Source: Anthoceros angustus (lineage: Eukaryota > Plantae > Anthocerotophyta). From it: a DNA stretch of 64,000 nt. Below are positions 26,180 to 39,000 of the stretch, one piece after another. Position numbers and translations under genes: made by a program. The stretch is taken from the NCBI GenBank assembly GCA_010909165.1, contig VJWM01000016.1:744001-808000 (forward strand), read 5' to 3'. Each line of letters opens with the position of its first letter. The stretch's first letter is position 1. The notes below the pieces were generated by a model. That model was given only the letters and a program-made list of their open reading frames with translations, was not told where the DNA came from and did not search any database.

Positions 26180-27810
26180 AAAGAGACAGGGCAGGCCCCT
26201 CGGACTCCGGGCGGCCCACCTGCCAAGCACAATCATGCTATCCGGACCGAGGAAGAGCTCGAACTCCATGACGACACAACCCCAGCCTTCGCGGCGGCAG
26301 TCCGTATACACCAGGAAGGACATACCGCGATGCATCTCGACCACGTGCCTGTAAAACTCCTGGTAGGTCTGTCGGATATGAAAGCCACAGCGCTACTCGA
26401 TTCAGGAGCTAGCCACAATTACATCGCCCGGTCGGCAGCAGGAAGAGCCGGACTAGAAATACATGACACCGGTCACTATTCAACGGTGGTTACGGCACTC
26501 AACGAACGAGACACCAGCAAGGAAGAATGGACAGAGGTGGTCCTTACCTTCCGGGTATGAGGAGAAGCTTCGTTTCCGTCATGCCCAACCTCCGCCACGA
26601 CATTATCCTCGGAAACCGTGGATGGCAGCCCACTCACCACCGAAGTGGGTGGGCCACCAACGAGGTGGTCTTGACGACAAACTCCCAACAACTTGTTATG
26701 CAAGGAGAGCCACCTCCCGACAAACACTTGTATGCGGTTTGACTTTGAATAAAGCCACCGAGGGCATTTCCTATACATAGCACGGCTAAAACGAGTGTTA
26801 CCACTAGAGGGCACCGAGTCCCGGGCATAAAGCGGAAGGAGCAGAAGCTCATTCGAACCTATGAGGAAGCGCTACATGATTTCCGTGACGCTTTTGCAGA
26901 GCCCATGTAACTCCCCGACGGCTGACCACCGGATCGAACTCCTACAGGCATAAACCGTTAGCATTCCTCCCTCTGAACCTCACCAGTGAGCGAGGAGATC
27001 AAGAGGCAGGCGGGCCCTCGGACTCGGCGCCCACCGCCAAGCACAATCATGCTATCCGGGGCCAGGAAGAGCTCGAACTCCATGACGACAACCCCCCGCG
27101 GCGGCGGTCAAGTATACACGGGAAGGACATACGCGATGCATCTCGACCACGTGCCTGTAAAACTCCTGGTAGGTCTGTCGGATATGAAAGCCACGGCGCT
27201 ACTCGATTCAGGAGCTAGCCACAATTACATCGCCCGGTCGGCAGCAGGAAGAGCCGGACTAGAAATACATGACACCGGTCACTATTCAAGCGGTGGTTAC
27301 GGCACTCAGCAGGCGAGACACGGCAAGGAAGAATGGGCGGTGGTCCTTACCTTCCGGGTATGAGGAGAAGCTTCGTTTCAGTCATGCCCAACCTCCGCCA
27401 CGACATTATCCTCGGAAACCGTGGATGGCAGCCCACTCGACCACAGTGGGTGGGCCACCAGAGGTGGTCTTGACGACAAACTCCCAACAACTTGTTATGC
27501 AAGGAGAGCCACCTCCCGACAAACACTTGTATGCGGTTTGTTTGAATAAAGCCACGAGGCATTTCCTATACATAGCACGGCTAAAGCAGTGTTACCACTA
27601 GAGGGCACCGAGTCCCGGGCATAAAGCGGAAGGAGCAGAAGCTCGATTCGAACCTATGAGGAAACTGCTACATGATTTCCGTGACGTTTTTGCAGAGCCC
27701 ACAGAACTCCCCCCCAGACGGGCTGTTGACCACCGGATCGAACTCCTACCTAGGCATAAACCGGTTAGCATTCCTCCCTCTGAACCTCACCAGTGAGCGA
27801 GGAGATCAAG
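26180..27810 (+). repeat. Tandem duplication of about 0.8 kb covering the protease and the PR-RT linker inside the chromovirus
   Basis: About 26180-27003 and about 27000-27810 both contain MHLDHVPVKLLVGLSDMKATALLDSGASHNYIARSAAGRAGLEIHDTGHYS, and both end at GTGAGCGAGGAGATCAAG. Confidence 0.93.
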
Positions 27811-30489
27811 GCGGTGGATGACCTCCGCAGAGGGGTTTGTCAAACGCGTCTCTGCTCGTGCACCAGCCCTACCAGAGCTAAGCCCCGACGGCACCGCGCC
27901 CGCATCGACACGGCCTTGAATAAAGCAACAGTGAGGAATGTTTACCAAATGCCACGGATCGACGAAATCCTGGACTTGCTGCATGGAGCCACTCTCTTCA
28001 CGAAGATAGACCTCCGTTCCGGTTTCCACCAGATCCGAATTCATGAAGGGGATGAGTACAAGACCGCTTTTCGTACCCGACATGGACATTTCGAGTTTGT
28101 AGTCATGCCCTTCGGACTCACCAACGCCCCCGCCACTTTTCAATGTCTGATGCAGGAGATATTGCGGCCGTTGCTCGGGCGGGGAGTCGAAGTATTCCTC
28201 GACGACATATTGATCTATTCCCCTGATGCAGAGACGCATTACTGGTTAGTGGAACAGGTCGCATCGATTTTGCGACACCACAAACTGCTGGCAAAGAAAA
28301 GCAAATGCGTCTTTATGCAGACTGAGTGCGAATACCTGGGGCATGTCATCAGTGCCAAAGGGATCCAGGTCGACACTCGAAAAATCAAAGCTATCCAGGA
28401 GTGGCCAGTTCCCCAGGACCTCCTGCAACTCCGAGGGTTCCTCGGCATGGCAGGTTTTTACAGGCGTTTTATACGGGACTTCAGCAAGATAGCCGTCCCG
28501 CTTACCAACGCACTTCGCCAACCCACAGGGAAAACCCTCCTGTTCGACACAACGCTCCAAGCCTTCGACAACATGAAGGCCTCGCTCAGCACCGCACCTA
28601 TACTGGCTATGGCGGATCCCACGGCACCTTATACAGTGCATACAGACGCCTCCGACACAGCCCTCGGAGCAGTTCTGTCACAACACGGACGGCCCGTAGC
28701 CTTCGAGTCCAAAAAGCTCCAAGGCGCCCGGCTTAACTACCGTCCACGACAGTGAGATGCCGGCGTGGTCCATGCCCTCCGTGCTGGCGCCACTACCTAT
28801 TGGGGACGAAGTTTACATTTCACCGACCACCATTCATTACAGTTCTTCTTTTCATGCCTCACCTCAACACCGGGCAAAAGCGTTGGGCGGAGTACCTGCA
28901 GATTTCAACTCGACATCAAGTATGTCTCGGGAAGTCGAGCGTTGTGGCCGACGCCTCACCGCCGTGCTTGCGCCTCATGATCACACACGGACACCATCGA
29001 CAGTCCGCGACGCAATACCTCATGACCCTCACATAACAACTATACAAGACCTCATGAGATGCTCGGGGGTATTCCCACGGCACTCACCCAACAAGATACT
29101 TTACGCGACGCTTGCATCTACAGGAAGGGCAGATCGGTCATTCCACATCACTGCAACCTCAAGCGGGCTATCCTCCATGACCTTCATGACTCACCGGCCG
29201 GACACCTTGGTATAGACAAGACCTATGCTCGAGTAAGAGAGCATTTCTCGGTATGGTCTCCGGACGGATTGCATCGACCGGGTCCGATCTCGCACCTCCG
29301 CCAACAAAACCGGATCACCAGAAAACTCCAGCTGCTACAACCCCTGCAGATACCGGATGGCGATTTCGCTCAATCTCCATGGACTTTATCACACACTTAC
29401 CGACACGAACAAAGCCGCGATTCCGTCTGGTGGTGATGGACCGTTTCTCGAGCGTGCCGCCGTCCCGGTCACGATCCACCATCACGGCTCGGTTGGCGAC
29501 CTTATTCTACGCGAGATCTTCCGCCCATGGCTGCCCGAGAGCATCGTCTCGACGGGGCGCCAAATTCACCTCCGGTTTTGGCGGACCTTCACCGAAACCC
29601 TCGGTATGGCACAACACCTATCTTCTACCCGCCATCCTAATCGATGGCGACGGAGAAATGTAACCAAGTGTTAGAAGATATGCTCCGCCACTTCACACAT
29701 GACAAGCAGGGTAGGTGGGAAGAGATGCTGCCCTTGTTGGAATATGCTTACAACACCTCCCGACACGCCGCTACTGGTGTCAGCCCTTTTAAGCTGCTCT
29801 ATGGCGAAAACCCGCCGCCTCCGGGTCTCTGGCCGTCCAGCCAAGAACGGTGGAGCAGCGCTGCCGAACTGGCTGAAGATATATGGCAGGAGATCAAGGT
29901 AGCCAAACAGAAGCTCCTGGCTGCTCAAGACCGGTACCGGAAAGCCGAGAACAAGCATCGTCGGGAAGTCTCATATGCAGTGGGCCAGGAAGTCTGGCTC
30001 CGCCTCAAACCGCACCGCTATCCCACCCTGATCCAGCAGAAAGACAAGCTTGCCTATCGTTATGCCGGACCGTTCCGCATCACGAAACAGGTAAATGCGG
30101 TGGCTTACCAGTTGGCGCTGCCGGCGGGATGGAAGCTCTGCCGCACTTTCCATGTCTCCATGCTCAAACCCGTGGTTTCCCGCCGACAGGACCTCCTTCC
30201 CGATTCCCCTCACCAGGTCCCTGTTTCTGATGCCCAGCCGACACTCCATGTCCCCACACCCTCTTTTCCCACTCCTCCGTCCACCATCCCACCAGCATCC
30301 AGCCCTAACGTCCCAGACCGGATCCTACAGCGCCGGGAACGCAAACTTCGCAACCGGACTGTCGTGGATTTTCTGGTCGGATGGACGGACGAGACAGATG
30401 ACTCCGCTACCTGGGAGCCTGCCTCTTTTGTCTCCGATTCCCCAAACTCCACGCTCTCATCACCGGCCAGGAGGACCCGGCCCTCTCTT

Positions 30490-30502
30490 AAGGGGGGGAG
30501 AA
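30490..30502 (+). promoter_or_regulatory. Polypurine tract
   Basis: AAGGGGGGGAGAA immediately precedes the TG of the 3' LTR. Confidence 0.9.
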
Positions 30503-30921
30503 TGTCACAACAAAGGATGCGGCCGATCCTAAGCTAGGCACACGAACAAGGTACCGAGTTCAAACGCCATCCGGGTCATCATTATTCGCCTCATCCGATC
30601 GCTATAAAGATGAGGCATTTGATTTCGTGAATTACTAACCCACTATTCGCTATTATCCCGATATTCGCTATTTCGGTTATTAGGCTATCCGTCATTTACG
30701 TATCTAGAACCACGGCTATTCAAACAGCTTATGACTAGAAATTGTAATAGGTAGACAATGTAGGATCCCGTGAATCGAATCGGTTTTAGGTAGACGAGTA
30801 GTTGGGGCAACCTTCTTGGCCATTCCCCACACTGTATAAAGGGGAATTGCCTCAAGCAAGACAAATAATCTTTTGTGCGCTCAGTAGCCTGACTGTATGT
30901 CACAGAATTTCGGTTGTGGCA
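30503..30921 (+). repeat. 3' LTR of the chromovirus
   Basis: Starts TGTCAC after the PPT, ends TTGTGGCA, and is followed by the TSD ATCTT. Confidence 0.93.
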
Positions 30922-31108
30922 ATCTTATTATTTTATATTTTATTTATACAATATACTAAAATGATCAAATGATTAATAACATGATTAACTAATTACATGG
31001 GGGCCTTATTTAACATAACCCTTTTACAACATATATTTAGAGTGACTACGTGATTTTACAACATATGTTTTTATAAGATATATTATTGTAAAATGTATCA
31101 GGCTATCC

Positions 31109-31285
31109 ATTTGCACATTACCAAAACCTCCTCTAAGCACTTAACTATGTATGTACACACCAACTTAATTAGTCTCTCTCATTTACTAGGCAGCCAATTT
31201 GCACATTACCAAAACCTCCTCTAAGCACTTAACTATGTATGTACACACCAACTTAATTAGTCTCTCTCATTTACTAGGCAGCCAA
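31109..31285. repeat. 88-bp tandem duplication (2 essentially identical copies)
   Basis: ATTTGCACATTACC...GGCAGCCA begins at 31109 and again at 31197. Confidence 0.92.
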
Positions 31286-33281
31286 CTGTACACTTATCTT
31301 TTCTTTTGCTTCCTGCCATTTTGAGGGCAAGTGCCATCCAATTGCTATCTCCTTAGCCACAATGTCCTTCTACCTCCTTTTGTCACATTATTCTTCATGG
31401 CTACATCTTTTGTCAAATTTTCATAATTAGTAGATTTCCCCTTGGTAGAAAAGCAACATGAGTATAATAAGAATGAGAAAGTAGTAAGTAGGACATTGTA
31501 TATGTTACAGTTGTACAATGTGAAAGGGCATTGTTCACGCCCTCTAGACGATGTCACTCTAAGATGAAATTGCAGGTGCGAAATACTCGGGAAACATATA
31601 GCTGGAACTAACCAAGTCGGTCACCCGACGATAACGTCTGAACGATGTCCTCATAATTGCGTCCTAGATAGTGCGACAAAGAGAGAAAGTGAGGATAGCT
31701 TAAGGAGAAGCCAACCTTGTTTGTGCGCGATATTGTGTGGTGTGAATTAGACACAATTCCGGCTCAAGTGCCTTCCCCTGAGAGAGCATCTCAAAAATTA
31801 TAATGACAAAAGAATTTAATATGCACCTTGTGTGATAATGCACCTTGCATGGTGCCCTTTGTTGGGTTTTTGCCCCTTTGTTTTTGGGGTGGATGGGTTT
31901 TTCCATCTCTTTTTTATAATAAAGTCTTCTTTTGCCTTGTGTGATAATCGTCCTACTTTTGCCTTGTGTGATAATCGTCCTACATAAGTTAACTCCACAA
32001 GCGCTTAAGAAGCCTCTTGTCGATTAGTTGCCTCTACCTCCACCGCGTGAAAAAATTCTTGATTGGAAGAAGAACAACATGACAAGGAGAACTCGTCGCC
32101 CAAAGCTCGACAACTGTCCTGAAACATCGGGAGAAAAGTCAGAAGATTGGAAGAAGTGGATGGTCAAAGCCCTCTATCAAGTGGTTTTAGAAGATTTGAG
32201 AGTTCTTGGAAGAAGCCAAAGAAAAATATGGAGGCCACATCTCGTAACGACGAAGATGCGAAAGATGGTAACTAAGAAGAATTAATTAGCTAATTACTAT
32301 GACACATAATCATGTGCAATAGACACTTCGAATTTGCCTGAGTGTGTAAGGTTTCTGTTAGACAAAGGTAAGGTATTTCTTCCTATTCTCATTGGCTTTG
32401 CAATTCATAAATAATATCAATAAATAGATATAAAATAAATTGTGCAAAATTTTTAATTTTAATTTATAAGTCACATTTCCGATGCACTTAATACCCTTGT
32501 TCCCATTGTCTCGGAGGTAGATGGGATTTCCCATCTCTTTTTCTTTATGAAATCTCCACTTTCCTTCACAACTACCATAACATCCTTGTACTTTGCAGAG
32601 AAAAGGAGAAAGGATTTATCAGTGCCTATAAAGTGGAGGATTGAAGAAGAAGAAGAAAAACGATTTTATTTAAGTGCACTAAGGACTAGAAAGTGTAAGA
32701 TTGAAGAAGAAGAACAAGAAGAATTTTATTGAAGTCCACTAAGGACGGATTTCCGTGGGACTTGGTACTTAACCATGATATGTCTAAACTACTTGCACCA
32801 AGGGCATCCATTCCCTTTAGGCATCCCATCTAAGTACCGATCCAAGGGTAGGATGCTTAATAACGACGTTCTTATAAATGTGTGTCATATGAGTTTAAAT
32901 ACGTCCGAACACGTATCCTTCCTCCGTTAATTCGTGCCTTGAGATGCGGTGAAGGGAAAATGCATCTAGTGTTCAACGTGGCCCATCCTCGGCCTGGTAG
33001 CTGACAGATGTGAACCGGAACCTTGCATGTACGAGGAAAAATCGCCCGATCTTTAAAGAGGAGCTTGAGGGGACGAAGCTTACGGACTGACTGAGGTCCA
33101 GGCCAATGCGAGTTTGTGGCTGGAGTATGCAGCTTGGTTGGCTCACCATGTCGAAGATCTTGTCGTGTGCAATTGAGCTGCAATGCTGCGACCATGCATT
33201 GCATCTGGATGACTGCGCTTCGGGCCTCTAGATAGGACACGGAGGTTTGTGGGTAGCGGGAGAAGAGCTAGCAGAGCAGAA

Positions 33282-35045
33282 ATGGCTTTGCGGGTGCACC
33301 TGCTTCTTCCTTCCTGTGCAGGACGGCGTCGCTCCTTGGGTTCTGCGGGCGCCCTGGGGGTGGATTCGGGGTGGATGTGCACTAGCTCGAAGGTGCGGTT
33401 TCGTAAGGGGTGCGGGGCTTGTGAGAGTGTGAGCCAGAAGATGGTCGCGGGGTTAGCTTGTTGCAGTAAATGATTAATATGAGGTCTGCCATGTGATCTT
33501 AGCCAGGTTCTGTTGAGACGGACGTGGCGGTCGCACACGGTCAGTGCAGGGCTGTCGTTCCCGAACTTACAAGCAGATGACTTCAGGCATCCTCTGGATA
33601 GGCAGGTTGGTTCTGTATGTTGAGCTCAAGGACGATTGCATTGGCCAGGTCACATGTGCTGAACGTGGTTGTCCCTTTGCAGAACACTGCTCTTTTACGT
33701 GCAATTCCTGGGGTTAAAGATGTTGGGAAGCTTTTGCTAGGTATGGTCCAGGGCTGAATTGCTGGACAGTGTTTGATTCTCTTCAGGAGTGGCATGATCA
33801 CTGGGCCAGCCTGTATGTGGCTTTGTGACAGCTGGTGTGTGATGTCTCGTGTAGGCCCGGTGGCGGAGCAGGTCATGCTCATGGAAAATATTGGCAAGTC
33901 TGTGCTAGTCAGCGAGGATCAGGTGTACCACTGCCCTACGTAGTCTTCTCTCTTGTGGATCGCTGCGAAGACGAGTGCTAACATTCTCCCTTGGAGTTTT
34001 TCACAGCTGTCCGAGCTGCACTACCTCATGGTAGAGGCTGCTAACATACTGAATCTGGAGGCCCCAGACCTCTACGTGCGCCAAAACCCCAACCCTAATG
34101 CCTACACACTGGCCATATCTGGACGGAGACCATTCGTGGTAGTACACACCAGCCTTGTGGAGCTTCTGGATAAGAGAGAACTGCAGGTGTGATGTTCCTT
34201 CTCCTAACGCGCAAACACTTTCTCGAAGTGTCTGTATTGGAACCTCTTGAAGCATGATACTTCCCCTTGATGCAGGCAGTCTTGGCGCATGAGCTGGGGC
34301 ATTTGAAGTGCGACCATGGCATTTGGCTAACTTTCGCAAATATCATTGCACTGGGTGCATACTCCCTGCCAGGTGCGTGCCGCCTATTCCCTTTGCTACA
34401 ATCCACCTTTGTCTCAGGTTCCATAACATACGTGGTTGTTCACCTTGTCAGGGCTTGGTGGTGTAATTGCCCGTAATTTGGAAGACCAAATTATGAGATG
34501 GCTAAGGGCAGCCGAACTCACTTGTGACAGGGCAGCTCTCCTGGTAGCTCAGGATCCCAAGGTATACATACCATCCTCTTGTCGCTTTCAGAACAACTTT
34601 TCATGTCTGCACAACTGAGGCTAAGCCTCACTTCGCCTGGGCAGGTTGTTGTGTCGGTGCTTATGAAGCTTGCGGGCGGGTGCCCATCTCTTGCGGACCA
34701 ATTGAACGTGGACGCCTTTTTAAAACAGGCCCGGTCTTACGATGACGCATCCAAGAGTCCTCTAGGATGGTACCTCAGGTGTGACCACTGCCCTGCGCAT
34801 CCTGGTTGATAATTCCACTACATATTAATCCACCTCAGACCCGCTAACTTGCCGTGCTTATGCAAATACGCAGGAACGCGCAGACAGAGCAGCTGTCCCA
34901 CCCATTGCCTGTCCTTCGAGCACGAGAGATCGATCAGTGGGCTCAGAGCGCCGACTACAAGGCACTGTTAGCAAAGGCCTCGAGATCTGTGTCGAAGGTC
35001 TCGTCAAGTGGAAGTGCTTTCGTACCTGCCGTCTCTCCTAGATGA
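33282..35045 (+). CDS. PGM48: Plastoglobule-type M48 zinc metallopeptidase, multi-exon
   Basis: Spliced segments ADDFRHPLDRQ, NTALLRAIPG, EQVMLMENIG, PDLYVRQNPNPNAYTLAISG, AVLAHELGHLKCDHG (HExxH), AELTCDRAALLVAQDP and LSHPLPVLRAREID match my recollection of At3g27110. The N-terminus looks like a transit peptide. Confidence 0.92.
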
Positions 35046-36013
35046 TAATTTTCTAGTATGCGTGTACTATACTAGGCCTCCTACGTGTGTAAATAGTTAA
35101 TTATTACAATCTGTTAATGGAAAGCACCTAAATAATTTTCACGAATTGCCTACGAACAGCGGACAGAGCATGGATCTGGAAGCTTCCTGCTACACTACAA
35201 ACCAGCGCCGAAGCCTTTGCTATGGCTTTGGCTATTGTGGCTGGGATGCTACTATTGAAGAATCTGCTCTTGAGGTTCAGAACCATGCAATTTGTGCTAC
35301 GACTGCCGGATAGGGTTCTATGCAGTGTGTTCCCGGAAAGATTCAACAGAAATCAGGCGTGACCGTGTCCTTCAAGCTTGATAATGGGAAGTTAAGGTAA
35401 ACCTGTCGATGCCACCTTCGTCGCAACCGATACCATTCACCATTCCAGGAGCACAGAGCCTGGCGTGCTTTCCGATTTGCCGATGCACCAACGCCTTCTG
35501 CCACAATCCGCTGCTTCCGCGCAGTCAGGATCCGCCCTTGCATCGAAGAGGAATCCGACCGTCAGGCGTTATGAACTTCAGCACAACTTGCCTTTGGCCT
35601 TGCCGACAAAACACAATTCTGCTGCTCTCCGTATGTCACACCACCTTGGATTGCCGTGCACTAACTTGCCTCAAGCGTGGATTGCCGTAAAACGTCAGAA
35701 GAAAAGGACAGAATCCATGATTTGACAGCCATAAGACGCTTGACGAACACAAGCTCCGTAGTTCAAGAACGTCGGTGAGGACATACCATTGCACTGCAAG
35801 ATGAAATGTTTTTATCCTTTGTGGTGGACATGTCTCTGTAGCGACCCAGTGCTGTCTAGACCGCCCAGAGAACGCAGTCACATCAAATTTTGTACAGAAG
35901 CACTTTAGGTGGCTCGCTCCGCCTTGCATGCGGCTGAGCCTAGATTTTCATTAGCTTGACTTGCCCTGGGGCAAACGTCCAGAGCCTGCATTGAAGCTGT
36001 GAGGCATAGATTC

Positions 36014-39000
36014 TCATAAGCTCGACTTAGTCTGGAGAAAACCTCCAGACCCTGCATTGGAACCCCGACTCGCATATTCACTTCGAAGTGTTCGTCGCAT
36101 CACTTTGTTGGAGGCTGTTCGAGGAAGTGATGGAACTACCACCACTTGGCTCACCTGCAAGCAACAACTTCAATCAATATGTGCAGGTGTAGACATCGCA
36201 GATTCTGAAAAGGAAAAAGTTATTGCATTGAGATCACCTTAAACAAAGGGTTAAGTCTGGCTTGGATAGCCTGGCTGAAAGACTGCTTAAGCGTGCTGAC
36301 AGAGATATTAGCAGGGGTGCCCTTCAGCACAGTTACAATCCAAAGCTCTTCAGGACCACCAACTGCCGGAGGAACACCTATTGCTGCCGTTTCGAGCACA
36401 CTTTCATTTGAACTGTTGCACAACCTTTCAATCTCCACTGAGCTCACCTGACAGCAAGGTTGAAGATCATCAACAAGCGAAGTTCATCGCTCCACGTTCT
36501 TCTCTCACTTTATTCGGTGATGTTTGTGCTGGAGAGGGTAATCGAGTGTTTACCTTGATTCCTCCGAGGTTCATCGTGTCATCCACTCGGCCATGGGCAC
36601 GGTAGAAGCCACCTGCAGTTCGTTCAAATTCATCCCCGTGTCTTCTTAGAATCTACAAGACGTGTCCCCATACTAGTTAGATGCTGTGACTCCCAACTGT
36701 AAGCACGTGACTGCAAACATTGGAAGATCTCACCTTCCCATTGTAAACGGGCATGTCCTTGAAATACACTCGAAAGTGATCTGCATTTAACAGAGTTGAT
36801 GAAGATCCAAGCATGACTGGATTCAAAGCACACTCGCCTATGCCTGGCTTGTCTAGAGCCTGCCAACAACATAGTGCACAGGCAACATATCGCAGTTGAG
36901 TGTACACTTTATGGCTACACCAGGGAAAGAAGGACGTGCTTGAAGTGTTGAAGGTGAACAAGAAGAACACCAGGGGCACCCCACGGTCATCTAAGAGGGT
37001 TACAGCACATCCCATCGCTGGAGTGCTGAATGCTGCTAATGCTTGGGGTTGTAACAAAGAACCAGTCACGAAAGCTCCTCCGATTTCCGTTCCTCCACAA
37101 TATTCAATCACTGGTTTATAATTTGACCTGCCCATCAACCATAAATAGTCATCCACATTTGATGCCTCCCCTGTCGAGCTAAAACATCTGGTAAACAATT
37201 CGCAGGAACGAAGTAAGGTTAGTTTGAATCCTTTCAAAAGAGGACCCAAGTCGAGAGAGGCAAAAACCCCAGTAATGTATACCAAAAGTGGGTGGATGAG
37301 AATCACATGCAAGACCTCACCTTATGCTGGACCAGTCCAGTCCAGCCACGCAATCAGTGCTCTTCCATGCTTTCACAATGCTTGGCACAACACCAAGCAT
37401 CGTGACCCTAGCATCCTGCAGATGCGACAGGGGCGTCGGCTAAAACTCGCAGACTACATGGCTGAAGATTCTCTCATTTAATGTGCTTCCTGACGTACCT
37501 GCACAAACTTGGCAAACCCACGGCCAGATGGGGCCCCGTTGTACAAAGCAATGGTTGAGCCATTGAGTAATGCCGCATATACAAGCCACGGTCCCATCAT
37601 CCATCCCAAGTTCGTGGGCCATGCAACCACATCCCGTCGTCTTAGGTCGTGATGAGCCCACGCATCTGCTGCAGCCTTAATGGGCGTAATATGTGTCCAT
37701 GGTATTGCTTTTGGATCTCCTGTTAAAATCCATCTAGAATAAATCATCTCCCTGACATGGTGAAGAGCCAACAGAGCAAACCAGAATGAAAACCATCACA
37801 AACAATCTACGTCAGAGGAAAAAACTTCTGCCATGCCATCAGAGATCATCTTCAGCAATATTTTACTACAATAATGAGAGCTATTGAAGAGATGAATGAG
37901 CAAAAAGTATGCCTGTTGTTCCGGAGGAGAAAAGAATGTTTGAGAAAGCTTGGACAGGCTGGACCACAGCCTCAAATTCGAATGGACTGCCAGTCATTAT
38001 AAACAAAATGAGCTTGATGACGCCAGGCAAGGCAATAAAATAACATCATGGGCAGAGCACAGACAGACCTGGTGAGGCTATCAGCGAGAGTGAGGAAATA
38101 TTCCCAAGATATGTCACCTTTCCTCATGGACACAGGCAAGCTGTGGCTCTTCTCTTTGATTACAATTGCAGCTGGAGCATTGGCCTCCACAACTCGACTG
38201 CCCAAGCACAGTCCAAGAGTGAAAGACTGGCACATATCACATCATCAGGAATCCATGGTGATAGTCAGGGTACCTACGAGTACAAGGGAAGTGCCTTTGT
38301 ACCACGCACGATGAAGTCCTGAGGCAGTTACCAAAAGACAAGGTGAAAAAAATGCAGTAGGTTGAGGGAAACAATAAGCTGACAACAGATTTCTAGACAT
38401 CTGTGTGTCTGGAGATGCACACGCAAAATGCACTGTTGTATGTTCATGCCATTGGCATACCTGAGTGAAGACGCCTTTAGCCTTGGATATTTGTAAGCGG
38501 GTTGCAATTTCTCTTGGGGCAAAGCTGTCGGCTATTGAAACCACAACACATCCTGCAAGCACAATAGCGAGGTAGATGACGACCGCGTGCACTGTCATGG
38601 GCATGTCAATGGCAATGGCATCACCCTTCTTGAAGCCATAGATCTGCAAGGCATTTGCCACCTGACTGAAACCAGGCAACAAGGATGTTGTGACGTTGTT
38701 GCATCTCCACCGGACAAAAGGAACAGACAGAGTAAGAGCATGTGGTAATCAGACGCTTCGTTACCAGACTCTTGCCCTGAGCTGATCCAGGGTCAAAGAC
38801 TCCAAGGAGTCATCTTCCCCTTCATCCCTCCACAAAACCGCAACATCTAGCCCATCCTTGCGAGAGTTGGGTTGCAGGCACCAGGAGGCAGCATTGAGAG
38901 TAGCCCCAGGTAGCCACGTCCCCTCCGGAGACGAGGTGGTATCCACAATACAGGACGGTTGGTCCACGAAAGGCACATCCAGCTCTTCCAGCACAATGCT

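Larger units (their letters stand above)
24142..30921 (+). mobile_element. Full-length Ty3/gypsy chromovirus LTR retrotransposon (gag-PR-RT-RH-INT-chromodomain) with many frameshifts in this sequence
   Basis: TG...CA LTRs at 24142-24558 and 30503-30921; TSD ATCTT at 24137-24141 and 30922-30926; PBS and PPT present. Domains: knuckle CFTCASPDHASKTC, protease LLDSGASHNYI, RT with MPFGLTNAPATF and FLDD, RNase H TDASDTALGAVLSQ, integrase HDSPAGHLG / SMDFITHL / GPF motif, and chromodomain ILQRRERK...FLVGW...ATWEP. Confidence 0.96.

Noticed and set aside
35100-36000. Short ORFs between PGM48 and AAE17/18
   Set aside because: Consistent with convergent 3' UTRs. No domain or convincing exon chain.
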